Source: the human T2T-CHM13v2.0 reference genome, Homo sapiens. From it: a stretch of DNA of 64,000 bases. This document shows positions 1-16,125 of this stretch, in pieces (the stretch's first letter is position 1; each line of letters starts with the position of its first letter). The stretch lies in NCBI RefSeq assembly GCF_009914755.1, contig NC_060931.1, one strand, 5' to 3'. The notes under the pieces were generated by a model, which saw only the letters and a list, made by a program, of their open reading frames with translations, was not told where the DNA came from and did not search any database. A program made the translations under genes and the position numbers.

Positions 1-1985
1 CATTCCACCTGATGAAGGAACACTTCCCGAGGGAGCAAGGTCTGAAGGGGTCTTAAGTTCTGGATATACAGAGGTTACGGTTAGGAACATTCAAGGCTCA
101 AGCAAAATCATAGCCAAAACCACAAATATTACATGGAATATTTCTGGAATTAATAATTATGTTTGGCTGGAGCATAGTGGCATAAAGGGAAGGAATGAAA
201 AGGATATAAATAAAAGTAGGTTTGATCTTAATACTGAGAGGATGCAAATACCAAAGTCATCAGTTTGATTTATAACAAACTCCATTTTTTATTAAGAACT
301 ATATATACTTCTTAAATTTTATGGAAACTAATAACTTGCCTACAGTTTCTTCAGTCAACATATAATTTTCAAAGTCTTTCATGGGAAGAAAATGTGCTTC
401 CCTAACCTATTCTTTATTTACTCTGCCAATGACACCCAAAATTATTACTTCCATCTGGGTTTTAATTACACCTGTTTTTCCCAGGGGGAAAAAATCAATG
501 TAAATCCAAATAAAATATAGTAGATAGTTCTAAAATGTAATTAGTGATAATAATCAAGCAATTCCTACAGGAAAAATTTACAAGTCTCTGATCTGGTAGG
601 ATCACCTTTTCAAAATGGGAAGTCATCATTACATAATATGAAACATTAAAACTTCCATTAAAAGGAAGGCTAAAATGAGTCTTAAATAAGATGCACTCAT
701 ATTAAGAATCTTTTTACAGTAACTGAAGAGAATCTTAATTATTTTACTTTACTTGAGCCTCTCTAAAAACCTTATTGCCAGTAATTTGGGCTGACGAATG
801 TAGTCAATACAGAAGAGCCTCAATTTTAACACTTCTCCCTCAAAGCCTGTCCCTCTTGTGGTTTTCTGATAGGCTATTGTTAGATTCATTTACAGTAAAA
901 TAATTACCAGCTCCCTAAGCAAGACACATAGCAGGTTATCTATTGTCCCTTAGAGGACTGTTGGACTGTTCTTAACAAGCATACTAAATTACAATAGCAG
1001 CTTTATTGCAATTAACAAACAGACATGAATCACCAATCCAGTTATATCTCAAAAGAGAGAAGGGTTTTCTGAAGTATACTGCTGTGGTTGTTTTCTGAAC
1101 AACTGTTTTGTAATCCTAAATTCAAAGACCCGTATTTAAGCAAACAGGCACATGTCCCAGGAGCAGGCAACACAGATAGAATAGTTTTTCTTGTTATTCC
1201 CAACAGAAAGAGTAATAGTATAATGATTTAGAGAATTAACAGAGTGCAGACATGAAAAGATACCAGCATTCCCCATCAGTACGTAAAGCACTCACGCTTG
1301 ATCATTTACAGCTCTGTCTGCTTGACATCTTCCAGTCTCTGATCCCAAAGCAGTAGCACCAAGGCGCAACTCTGCTTCTTCATTTACATTGACATTCTAA
1401 TCTCGAGATGTGTCAGAATTAAAGTTGGCAAGTTTCCAGACTATTTGAATTCTTTCATGTTGAGAAAAATGCAATTGCACTGTGCATATTCATAGGAATC
1501 CCATGGAGGCTCCCAGAGGATCTGCTCACAGAGACAAGGAATACAGGTCAGTGCCTGTAAGTCAATGAGACCACATTGCCCACTCATAAGAGGTGGAGGG
1601 ACGCTAATGAGATAAGAGACTTGGCCCAAATGCTTCTCTACAAATAACAGTAAAGCACTCTCACACAAACATTTCTACCAACAAACTCAAATATTTCCGA
1701 GGAGAATTAGCTTGTTAAAAAGAAAGTTTATGTTCTGAATTGAATTCCTAATGGTTTTGAACCAGAATTACTGTTCCCCCAACTAGCATTTCTATACTTG
1801 GGCTACTTCCTACAAGTAATTCACACTCCAAAAACAGTTGTGGGGGACTGGTGAAGGAAAGACAGTAATTATACTGAAAATGTAATAATACAAAATTCAC
1901 TTCTAACAAATCAGATACAACTTATTCAGTGTGGGAGGTGTGCATGAGTTATTCACAAGGTAACACAATTAAGTTTTAACATACA

Positions 1986-4609
1986 ATTTTATAGGGATTG
2001 CACTGAATCGGTAGATTTAATGATAATGATTCTTCCAATCTGTGAGAATGGAATGTTTTTCCGTTTGTTTGTGTTATCTATGATTTCTTTCATCAGTGTT
2101 TTGTAGTTCTACATATAGAGATCTTTCACTTCCTTGATTAAATATATTCCTAGGCATTTTTTAATAGCTATTGTAAATGGGATTGTCTTCTTGACTTGGT
2201 CCTCAGCTAGATTGTTATTGGTATAAAGAAATGCTGCTGATTCCTGTATATTAATTTTGTATCCTGAAACTTTACTGAATCCATTGATCAATTCTAAGAG
2301 TTGTTCAGTGGAGTCTGCCGGGTTTTCTAGGTATAAGATCATATCATCAGCAAACAGGGATAATTTGACTTCCTCATTTCCAATTTAGATGCCTCTTATT
2401 TCTTAATACTTTCAACTTTTCCCCATTAAGTATAATGTCAGCTGTGGGTTTGTCTTATATTTTCTTTATTATGTTGAGATATGTCCTTCTAAGGCCTAGT
2501 CTTTTGAGGATATTTATCATGAAGGGGTGCTGAATTTTACTGAAGGAAATTTTTGCATCTATTGAGACGATCATATGGTTTTTGTCCTTAATTCTGTGTC
2601 TGTAATGTATCAGATTTACCAATTTACATATATCGAAGCATCCTTGCATCCTTGAGATAAATCCCACATGATCATGGTATATTAATCTCTTTGATGTGCT
2701 GTTGTGTTCTATTTGCTAGTATTTTGTTGAGGATTTTGTGTCTATGGTCATCAGAGATTTTGGTCTGCAGTTTTCTTTTATTGTTGTCTCCTTATCTGGC
2801 TTTGGGATGAGGTTGATGCTGGCCTCATAGAGTAAGTTAGGAAGAATTCCCTCCCCCTCAATTTTCTGGAATAGTTCCAAGAGGATTGGTATTAGTTCTT
2901 CTTTATTATTTGGTAGAATTCAGCTGTGATCCCATCTGATCCTGGGCTTTTACCAATGTCATTTTTCACAGAATTAGAAAAAAAAAATCCTAATATTCAT
3001 GTGGAACCAAAAAAAAAAAAAAAAGCCAAAGTAATCCTAAGGGGAAAAAAAGCTAGCTGCATCACACTACCTGACTTCAAATTATATTACAAGGCTATAG
3101 CAACCAACAGAGTATGGGACTGATATTAAAATAGATACCAAGATGAATGGAACAGAATAGAGAACCCAGAAATGAAGCCACATACCTACAACCAGCTGAT
3201 TTTCAACAAAGTCAACAAAAATATACACTGGGGAAAATGCCACCTTATTTAATAAATGGTGCTGGAAAAAATGAATAGCCACATGCAGAAGAATGACTGG
3301 ACCCATACCTCCTTTCACCATCCACAAAAATTAAGATGGATTAAACACCTAAATGTAAGATCTGAAACTATGAAAATCCTAGAAGAAAACTTGGGAAAAA
3401 CTCTTCCGGACATTGGCCTAGGCAAATACTTTATGACCAAGTTCTCAAAAGCAAAAGCGACAAAACTAAAAATAGACAAATAGGATTTAATTAAACTAAA
3501 AAGCTTCTGCACAACAAAAGGAACAATCAACAGAGTAAACAGACAGTCTATAGAATGGGAAAAAATATTTGCATTTGACAAAGGGCTAATATCCAGAACC
3601 TACAACGAACTCAAACAACTCTACAAGATAAAAAAAAAATTAAAAAGTGAGCAAAGGAATGAACATTTTCCAAAAGACGTACAAGCAGCCAACAAACACA
3701 CACAAAAAAATGCTCAAAATCACTAATCATCAGAGAAATGCAAATTAAACCCACAATGAGATACCATTTTACACCAGTCAGAATGACTATTAAAAAGTCT
3801 AAAAACACTGTAATTCTGGCTATTCAGGTGGCTGAGGCACAAGAACTGTTTGAACCCAAGAGGCGGAGGTTGCAGTGAGCCGAGATTACTCCACCACACT
3901 CCAGCCTGAGACAGACAGGGACCTTGTCTCATTTAAAAAAAAAAAAAAAAAGTCTGAAAACAACAGATGTTGGCAAAGATGCAGCAGAAAAGGGAATGCT
4001 TGTAGGAATTTCAGTACAACCTTTATGGAAAACAGAATGGAGATTACTCAAAGAACTAAAAATAGAACTACTATTCCATCCAGCAATCCCACTACTGGGT
4101 ATCTACCCAAAGAGAAAGAAATCATTATATAAAAATGGTAACTGTAATTTGTGTGTTTATTGCAGCACTATTCACAATAGCAAAGCTATGGAATCGACCT
4201 AAGTGCCCATCAGCAGAAGACTGGATAAAGAAAATGTAGTATATGTAACACTACATTATGCTATTCAGCCATAAAAAAGAATAAAATCATGTCTTTTGCA
4301 GAAACATGGGTGGAACTGAAGGCCATTATCCTTAGTGAAATAACTTAGAAAGTCAAATACCACATGTTCTCACTTATAAGTGGGAGCTAAACAATGGGTA
4401 CATATGGACCGTGGAGTAAAAGACACTGAAGACTATGAAAGGTGAGAGGATGGGAGAGGGGTGAGGGCTAAAAAGCCACCTGTTGAGTACAATACTCAAT
4501 ATTTGGGTGATGGGTACACTGAAAGCCCAGACTTCACCACTACACAACACATACATGTAAAAAACTTGCACTTGTATCCCCAAATATACAAACAAATAAT
4601 TTCTTTGAA
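1986..4609 (+). mobile_element. 5'-truncated, 5'-inverted L1 (L1PB-like): inverted ORF2 segment ~1986-2950, sense ORF2 end and 3'UTR 2951-4609
   Basis: Minus-strand ORF2 peptides ([28 protein letters not shown]) are followed by plus-strand ORF2 peptides ([20 protein letters not shown]). The whole element is flanked by a 15-bp TSD aagttttaacataca at 1971-1985 and 4610-4624. Confidence 0.92.
3808..3946 (+). mobile_element. Alu right-arm fragment (5'-truncated, old Alu or FRAM-like) inserted in the L1
   Basis: ggcggaggttgcagtgagccgagat motif and poly(A). TSD aaaaagtct(a/g)aaaaca at 3792-3807 and 3947-3962. Confidence 0.88.
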
Positions 4610-5634
4610 AAGTTTTAACATACACATTTACAGTGCTTCTCAACAATTTCTGCCCTATGGTATATAGAGAAAATTATACTCTTTATATGAGACATGAGTA
4701 AACATGGTTTGTATGTGCAGCTGGAGTGAACTAGCCTGGGGGCTCCAGCCACTCTCAAACTCTTCATCTCTTCTCCACTCCCAACAATTGTTTTTGTAAA
4801 ATGACACACTTTTATTGCCAAAAAAACACAGTCAGATCAGATAGTTTTAAAAATGAATGTCACCATTTAGAGATAACCATTGTCAATGCTTCACTAAAAC
4901 ATCATTCCAGTTTCTCTCTACACATATACAGACACATCAGTTGCACACCCCAGTTGTGAAACTCAGTAATAAGGCATGATTTACACATATTTGTATTAAC
5001 GCTCCAACTGAAGACTTTTTCATCTTTAAGCCCTGAAAGTGAGAAAGGAAAACCTAATAAAGTATGATCTTTTGTTAATAACATGTTTTATAATTTTCTA
5101 GCTCATATATATTGTTCTTGCTCTACCTTCCCCACATACACAAGTAATCTAGTTTTCTGTGATCAAAACTATTTCCTTGAAATCTACACCCAACTTGTAC
5201 CCAGAAATTAGATTTAAAACTCTACCTCTAATCCAACTTTTAAGATATCTTGTTCTTAACAGAATTAGAAATATTCATTTTAATGGTTTCTAAGTCATCA
5301 GTTCTATGAGAATGAAATATTTTCCCAATCCTTAAGACATGAAACATGAAAAAAAAAATTTCAACCACCCAAATAATCCATAAAAATCAATTAACCTAAG
5401 TAGTCTATTGAGAGCAGGTCCTCTGTGCAGTTTTGATAATCACAGACATTGAAAAACATTATTGTATTTGATTTTACTTTTTATCTCCCAATAACAAATC
5501 TTATACAGCAGAGGCTATTTTATGGAAGTGATAAGGTTTACGCCAGATTTTCAAAATTGGGTAAAATGTATAAAACAGAAGAATAAAAGCAAAGTTGGAA
5601 CTAATGTGGTCTTAGCCTGATTCAAAAAGCTCAC

Positions 5635-5893
5635 TGTAATGGGTTGAATAGTGAACCCCCAAAATGATATGCCGAAGTGCCAACTTCCAGAAACTGTAAA
5701 TATGACCTTATTTGGAAAAAGCTTTTTTGTAATTAACTTAGGATCTTGAGATAAGAGTACTGTGAATTAAGATGGGCCCTAATCCAAAGACAAGTCCGTT
5801 GAAGAGAAGGAGAAACAAACAGAAAGACAGAGAAGACCATGTGAAGACTGAGGCAGCAACTAAAAAGCTATTTCTACTAGCCAAAGGATGCCA
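5635..5893 (+). mobile_element. MaLR LTR fragment (MLT1-type)
   Basis: Starts tgtaatgggttgaatagtg. Contains atgaccttatttggaaa, gggccctaatccaa and ccatgtgaagactgaggcag, typical of MLT1. Confidence 0.75.
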
Positions 5894-5929
5894 TCTTGAG
5901 ATCCTAAGTGAATTACGAAAACCCTTTTT

Positions 5930-6080
5930 CTAAATATTATTGTCTCAATTTTACAGTTTTGTCATCTATGAAACTAAGGCAAGATTTCTCTGACTTGATA
6001 TCACATAGGAAGGGACAAAGCAAAGATCTGAACTCAGGAAGTCGGGTGCAAAAACATGTGCTTTTAATTACTATATTATA
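5930..6080 (-). mobile_element. MIR fragment
   Basis: Degenerate core attttacag..gaaactaaggc..tgacttg..tcaca..gatctgaactcagg. Confidence 0.55.
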
Positions 6081-6229
6081 ACCTCTTTTGCTTGAAGAAC
6101 AAAGTGGACCTTGGGGTGTAAAGGAAAATAAACAGACATATAAAGAGGCCAGGTTACAGAGACTTCAAAATACAAAGGATTTTGTCCATGATGCAGCATA
6201 TAGAGAACAAACATTTCGGGCTTTTAATG

Positions 6230-6960
6230 CATTGCCCAGTTCATTGCATTGACTCCATCTCCAACCTCTATCTTGACCTATCCAGTTTTCTCCATCTTTA
6301 ATGCTGACTAACCCACTAGTGTCAACCTTCTTAGTAGTCTCCTACTTCTACTCTTGCCTATTCAAACTATTCTCCACAAATAAGCCAGGATTTATCTATC
6401 TTTTAAAAACAAGTCAACTCACTCCTCTTAACACCATCAATGACTTCACAGGACTCTTGAAACAAAATAAAACTCCTTGCCATACTCTAGCAAGGCCCTA
6501 AATGATCTGGCTTTCCCTTCGACATCGTCTCATTATTCTCATCCATCATTATGTTTTAGCTGTCACAGCCTCCTTTCTGTTTTACAAGCATGCCAAGCTC
6601 TTCCCTATTCCCGGGACGTCACATTTGTTGTTCCCTCTGCATGAAGTCCTTTTTTCCCAGTTCCTGCATGGCTCATTCACATCCTTCAGGTCTCAGCTCA
6701 CATAACATCTCCTCAGATGTCTTCACTCTTCACCTACCTAAGGTGGTCTCTTAAGTTATCCCAAGATTGTATTTATTACTACCAAAGCCCTTATCACAGT
6801 GTGAGAATATCCTTTATATACTTGTTTACTGCCTATCACAACACAGAACAGAAGGCCCAAGGAGGCAGAAACTTTGTCCAGCTTGTTCACCACAGAACCA
6901 CTGTACCTAAAACAGTGGTTGGTACACATCAAACATTTTAGAAAACATTAGTGGCAAGCA
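6230..6960 (+). mobile_element. L2 3' end
   Basis: L2-like motifs caaggccctaaatgatctggc, catccttcaggtctcagctca and aacagtggttggtacacatc. Confidence 0.7.
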
Positions 6961-7154
6961 AAAAAAGGAAATGTCATGATGAACTGGTCTTCCGAGAAAC
7001 TTGGTCTAGGAAGTAACGTACAGGATGACTTCCCAAAAGCACAGACTAAAGAAACAGACAAATTAGGCGCCTCTTACTAAAAACTTAGTAATAAGTGTTT
7101 AAAGGCTTGGATAAGAACTGATTGAGTAAGAACAACAAAGAAAGGAGTGAAATT

Positions 7155-7661
<507 letters not shown>

Positions 7662-8515
7662 TTAGAAACTTGCAGAAGATAAAGGCAATAAAATTTAGTA
7701 ACCCCTTAAATACATAGGATACAGAGACTAAAAAATGTGGCAAGTCAAGAAACTGTCACAAACCTCACAGCTTAGGTTACATGGAAGACTTCCATAGCAT
7801 TTGAAGTCTATACTTTATATACTTCATAATTTAACCTTTATTTTATCCAACAGGACCAAACACTAAGTACCCAACAGAGACACTTGGGAGGCATAGTAAA
7901 CTTCACAGAGGTGCCATCACCCAAGCTGACCCAAAAAATAACCAGTTATTTTTGTCAAAACTAAGAAGACATTAAATTATTACATCCATGTTTATCAGAA
8001 AATGTACCAACATTCTGTACACCAGCATTATATAAATGGGGGTACTCTGTTATAAGTCAAGGATAGGAAATGACATCAAGTGGCACCAAAAACAAACAAA
8101 TTTGATTTCATACAGTGAAGAGACAGATCAGTCAGAGCAGTAAACAGCTCTTCTCTAAAGGTGACAGGGTACTGGAAAGAGACCACAGGAATGGTAGGAC
8201 AACTAAGGTTGTTTTTATAGAAATCATGAAATGTTGTTAAGCTATAGCAATAAATGTATCATAATTGTTGCTAAGTTATTTAGTATTATTTTCTTTTTTT
8301 AAAATACATTCAAGTGTACCATGAAAAATTTCAGTATTCAAAGCTGTGTCCAAAAGAGAAAATAATTGGGAATTGCTGACCTTCAATATTTCAAGCATTG
8401 TGCTAGGTAGTGGACAAATAAACATTAATAAAACATAGCCTCATAAAGCTTATAAGACTAATTGGCTATGATGGAAAACAAGCACACACATAAAAAAATT
8501 ATAGAAAGAAGCGTG

Positions 8516-9570
<1,055 letters not shown>

Positions 9571-10010
9571 GAAAAACAATTACAGAACATTGTGGTAAAT
9601 GCAAGAATGGGAGCTAGCAAGGAGCTAAATGTGCATATAGAGTTGACACTAATTCTACCTAGGAAAATGCAAGAAAGAAGAAGACTACAGAACAGAGGAA
9701 GTAACATTTAGGCAGGTCTTGAAAGATGAATATGAATTTATGTGGCAAAGACAGGGAGAAAGAAAATGAAAAACATGGAAGCAGCTTCCCAAAGCAGGGA
9801 GGTGTTGAAGTGAATGATAAAATCTGAAATGATGAGCAGTTAGGAGTGGCTAGCATGTAGGGTATGTGGTAGGAGAATGGCAGTCGAGGAAGACGAGCTG
9901 GAAAAAGAGGTTAGGGCCAGATTGTTAATAAACAAGAACACTACTCCAAGGGGCCTGGGCTTTACTTTGGGTAACAAGACATCATTAAAGTTGTAAAAAG
10001 AGACATGATT

Positions 10011-10336
<326 letters not shown>

Positions 10337-13300
10337 TCATATCATATTCTATGTCACAGTACTCATGTATATTACCATTTTCTCCTCAGTATATATAACA
10401 AAAGTTTTTCAAGACAGGTAAAATACCCTGTAGTTCTCATGGCTCTGCCACAGTTACGGGCTCAATGCTGGGAACACTGCAGCCATCTAAAAAAAACAGT
10501 TACTTTTTCACTGCACTAATAGTACAAAACTTCTAGATATATTTTGCTCATAAACTGAAGAACTGTTCTTTTGTTTGCAAATTCAGTTAGCCTTGCTGAC
10601 TATTCAATATAACTGAAAAAAATCATAACTTGTGTTTCCATAGCTTTTAATGTCACTGAAAGAAGCCTTAACATCCTCTTCTCCTTCATTACTACATTAC
10701 TACAGCCACCCATTGTGGCAGTTAGACAAACGAAGCCAGCATTTGGAGAGAGGGAGTAGGACTGAGAAATTGGCCAAGAAAAAAAAAATGTATTTAGTTC
10801 ATGGAAAGGAAACTTGAAGGGAAATCCATGATTCTTAGAAGTGGAAGAGTTTAGGGAGGAATGTTTGGGAAAACCGTAGTGCTGACAATGACTTTGCTTA
10901 AGGGTAGCAAGAGTGAAGAGGAAAGACAGGTCAGTAGAGTTCAGAATGACTATAAGCCCGGGGCTTTAAAAATTTCACAAATAAGAAAGGTTGCAGGCAC
11001 TGAGAGCAAAAAGAAAACTGGATGAAGTGTTGCCATAGAGGAAAGAAATCCAGAGTGAAATCTCTAGCTCAGCTATGACAATGTACTCTGTGAGCAATGA
11101 AAGTTCAAGGGGTTTTTGGAATACTACAAAACTATCCATCTTTATGGTGGACAAAAAGTTGCAAATACAGGAAAACACACTCACTCTACCAGGCATTGGA
11201 GAAAGTAGAACAAAATGCAGATCTGGCCACCTAGGAGCTCAAATCTAATGAAAAGGGAGAAATGCAAATTAATATGTGCCATCAGTGAAACAAGGACTGA
11301 TGAGGCTGTTTGTCTACAGCCATGAGCCACAGGGTGGAGTGACTGTGCTGAGGGTAAGGAAGAGCTTCTCAGATGAATGAGAGGATCATGGAGAATGGAA
11401 AGGAGTTTGCACCGACAGCATCACATAATAAAGGCCTTGCAAAGAGAGGATATAGCTTACCCTATGACATGAAACAGTGTGGCATATGAGGAGGAAATGA
11501 AGGAACACAAGGCAGGAAAGGCCATCAGGATGCAATTACAGAGGGCTTTTAGTACAATGTAACAGCCTAACAAACGACCTCAAAATCGTATGATCATCTA
11601 AGCAGGACACCCTGTGAGGAAAACAAAAACAAAAATAATCAGAAATCATCATTTACAAAATAATTAGCAATGTTTCCTTGGGAAAGACCTGATTGAACAG
11701 AGAAAAGCCTTTAAAATGATCAGAAAATGAAGGGAAGAGGCAACACTAAAGTTTTCAAGTTTGGACTGAAGTCTATGAAATCATGATATCATTAAGGGCG
11801 TATTCTCTAAATTTCAGAACACTAGCTTAAAGGGGAATCATTGAAACTTAAGGGAGAAAAAAAGCAATTCAGAATCATACAAGAATTACATAAATGCTCA
11901 TGCAATTCAATTTTCAGTGCTAAGAACAGACTTCCCCAAAGCAGTATTCCCCTGGTCAAATCCTCTAGACCCTCACCAATCAGAATTCATTTCTCCCTCC
12001 TCAAGACTTCCACAGCATATGATAGCACTTAACACAGTCTTTCTTGTGTCTCTCCAACTGTAAATCAATTTCCTGAGGCTAGAGACCACACTTAATTCAT
12101 ATTTGTATACCCAACAGTATCTAGATTCAATAAATGCATATTTATGTACTGCAAAATATTCACAGGGATACTATTAAATACAAAGTAATGTGCTTAATAC
12201 TTCTGCATGATAAAGAATGAGAGACAACAATAACCCTGAAAGTCCTCATATCTGGTAGGGGGGTTATGTATGAAAACCAGTCACTATAATCCAAAACCAA
12301 GGAAGAAGGTTCAATCAAAGCTTACACTTGTAGGTTGTTATGTTGTTTTTCATTCATTACCTACAGGATTCCAAAAGGATTTTTGATAGCTTACAGAAGT
12401 ACATACAGTATAACACTAAAAAGACTAATTATTGAGAAGGCACACATAAAGAAAAAATAATAAGAGAAGAAGATGGAGTCAGGACAGTTCACGAAAAGTT
12501 TAACAGAAGTACAGTTAGAGATGCACTTGGCATCAAAACCAACAGTTAGAAGATTCTCAGCAACAGTTGCTCAGGAGAAGTTTAGCTATTCCTGACACTG
12601 GGACAGGACAGTTAAGAACTTTCTCCTATGGTTGTTCATAAGACAAAGACTATGTAATATATGGACCATCTCCTTAAGCATTCCACCACGATCAACGCAA
12701 TAATGACTTAACTGAGATTGCGTATTAATGACCCTCAATCTGTCAATGATTACACCACACTACCACTCAGTAAAAGCAATTCTCAAAGGGCCAAAACTCT
12801 ACGATGATGTGGCTTGAATTAAAAGAAAAGGTCTACTCCCTAGCAGAATGAACGGATTACATATTCCTCAGAAATATTATGCAAATATTATCATAGAGAC
12901 CGTTTTGATAAGGACAAAGTGGCATAGAGTTTGAGATTGTGGTCTCCGAGAAAAAACAGGAATATAAATATTCTCTGTTGTCAATTAAGGGCATATTGAA
13001 CTTAGAGAATTAGCAGATTAACAACCAGGTTTGCATTACTTCATGAAAACAAAACAGCAGCATGTGGAGAGTACCCCACTCCTAAGCAAAGGAAGGCCAT
13101 GATTTCTCTCAGAAAATGGTCATGGATCCTCTTTAACACACCCATCAGTGGGTGACTGAGGTCCCAGAGATGTAGAGCCTAGTCAGAATGATTTAGGGAT
13201 ACACACTTTCCAAGGCAGGCATTCCCAATCACCATGCTGTAAAAGAAAACATTTGATAAGACACCCTTAGAATAATTCAAATTAGGCAATGTTTCAAGAT

Positions 13301-14596
13301 AAACTGGCTGCAAAATGTGCTCTCCCTAGAGAAGTGAGATGACTTGCTCCATGGGGTTGTTACTATGAACCATAAAATATCAGAGGATCTCTGCAATTGA
13401 TTTTAGAGAAGGTGCTATGAAACCATTCTTACAGCCAATAATTAGATATCAGAAACAATGTTCTTTAAAGCCCACCTCAATCCTGTCTGTGGTAATAAAT
13501 TAATGATACCAGCATAAGAAACAACCTTACTTTTCTCTACATGGGAAGAAAAATAAGAAGGAGCATATATCCTGCTCACTTAAGTGTGCCAAGCCATTAC
13601 GATACAAAATGAATCTCTAAACGTACATATTCCTGCTTTACCTGCTCAGAAGTATTTACTAAGCAATCAGGAAAACATCTGCAAACCCTGATTTTGACTG
13701 TGGTATTAAGCATCATAACTGCTACGTAAAGCCACCATAAAGGCTTTTGTATTAAACACCATAACTGATTTGTAAAGGCACCATGGATGGAGGGCAAAGG
13801 ATGGCACTAATATCATGGATACAGATGTAACTTACAGTCTTTTGTTCCACAAAATCAAGAATCCACACCAAAAAAAAAAAATAAACAAACAAAATATACT
13901 TTAAATTGGCAATATTTTTCTCAAGGTATTGAGTATGAAAATGGCTACGTCGGCTTGCTAGTTTTGTTCAAAGTTGTTATGAAATTAAAAACTGCCATAC
14001 ATTCTGATTCGGGCCCAGAGTTGGAGGGAATTGATGATTATCCAATAAAAAATGTATATAAGTCTAATTACAGAGAACTAGAAATGTAAAGCCAAAAAGA
14101 CAGCCCTTTGAAATAGCCCTCAAGCAGTTTCACAGACAGGAGAACTTCCACGGACTCCCTTCTGCATGATGGATAGTTGGACCAACAGAAAGAAATATTG
14201 GAGTCTATAAAGTTTGCAGCATTTAATCTTGCTTCATAAAGCTGGAAAATATAATCTATCCAAATTCCAATCAAAGAGAATCTGGGTTTCCATAAGCTCA
14301 ATAATGAAATGCCTTGCATAGGTAAACATCAAAAATTACCAACATTACATTTCTAAGAGTCACATGACGATTCTCTTGTAATTTATTACAGATTTTTTTT
14401 GGCTGGTTTTCGTTCTTACTGTTGTTTCCAATGCACTAAGATATATGTTAAACAATGTGCTATGAGAGTTTCAAAGACAGCAGAGATCACATTCAATTGT
14501 AGATATGCAGCCATAAGCAGGAATAAAGATGTGGTCAAAGGGAAGAGATATTCTATGAAAGAAATTCGTATTTGGTGGATTTAGGTTATTTGTTAA

Positions 14597-15753
14597 TAAA
14601 ATTAACTCAAGATGGATTAAAGACTTAAACCTAAGACCTAAAACCATAAAAACCCTAGAAGAAAATCTAGGCAATGCCATTCAGGACACAGGAATGGGAA
14701 AAGACTTCATGACTAAAACACCAAAAGCAATGGCAACAAAAGCCAAAACTGGCAAATGGGATCTGATTAAACTAAAGAGCTTCTGCACAGAAAAAGAATG
14801 AACAGGCAACCTACAGAATGGGAGAAAATTTTTGCAATCTATCCATCTGACAAAGGGCTAATATCCAGAATCTACAAAGAACTTAAACAAATTTACCAGA
14901 AAAAACAACCCCATCAAAAAGTGGGCGAAGGGTATGAACAGACACTTCTCAAAAGAAGACATTTATGCAGCCAACAAACATGAAAAAAAGTTCATCATCA
15001 CTGGTCGTTAGAGAAATGAAAATGAAAACCACAATGAGATAGCATCTCACTCCAGTTAGAATGGCAATCAATAAAAAGTCAGGAAACAACAGATGCTGGA
15101 GAGGATGTGGAGAAATAGGAACGCTTTTACACTGTTGGTGGGAGTGTAAATTAGTTCAACTATTGTGGAACACAGTGTGGCGACTCCTCAAAGATGTAGA
15201 ACCAGAAATACCATTTGACCCAGCCATCCCATTACTAGGCATATACCCAAAAGATTGTAAATCATTCTACTAGAAAGACACAGGCACACATATGTTTATT
15301 GCGGCACTGTTGACAATAGCAAAGACTTGGAACCAACCCAAATGCCCATCAATGATAGACTGGATAAAGAAAATGTGGCACATATGCACCATGAAATACT
15401 ATGCAGCCATAAAAAAGGATGAGTTCGTGTCCTTTGCAGGGACATGGATGACACTGGAAACCATCATTCTCAGCAAACTAACACAAGAACAGAAAACCAA
15501 ACACCACATGTTCTCACTCATAAGTGGGAGCTGATCAATGAGAACACATGGACACAGGAAGGGGAACATCACACATGGGGGCTTGTCAGGGGGTTGGGGG
15601 GCTAGGGAAGGGACAGCATTAGGATAAATACCTAATGTAGATGATGGGTTGATGTGTGCAACAAACCACCATGGTATGTGTACACCTAGGTAACAAACCT
15701 GCACATTCTGCATATGTACCCCAGAACTTAAAGTATAATTAAAAAAAAAAAAA
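14597..15753 (+). mobile_element. 5'-truncated L1PA (L1PA7/8-like) ORF2 end and 3'UTR
   Basis: Peptides [27 protein letters not shown] and FIAALLTIAKTWNQPKCPS. G-rich 3'UTR and poly(A). Confidence 0.92.
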
Positions 15754-16008
15754 GCCTGGAAAGACAAGTTGGTGGCAAATTCTGAATGATCTTGAATGCT
15801 ATGGTAAGATTTAGTGCTTAATTTGTAAGGTAATCGTTATCATGATGAACTGAACCTGGACCTGAAATTATAATGAGCAAATTATCTCAAGTTATTCTTT
15901 CTGTCGCTTCAAAGGGTTATATAAATCAAAAGGCCAATTCTGAAAATTTTAGGAAAGAGATCCAAGCTATTTTGTAGACCCAGAAATAAACTTTATACCT
16001 ACTGTTCT

Positions 16009-16125
16009 ATTTTGTTTTGTTTTGTTTTGTTTTTTAAGATGGAGTCTCACTCTGCCACCCAGGCTGGAGTGCAGTGGCGCGATCTCGGCTCTGCCTCCCC
16101 AGCTCAAACTTTTCTCCAGCCTCAG
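16009..16125 (-). mobile_element. Severely 5'-truncated Alu with (TTTTG)n tail
   Basis: gatggagtctcactctgccacccaggctggagtgcagtgg. Perfect 15-bp TSD tatacctactgttct at 15994-16008 and 16126-16140. Confidence 0.9.
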
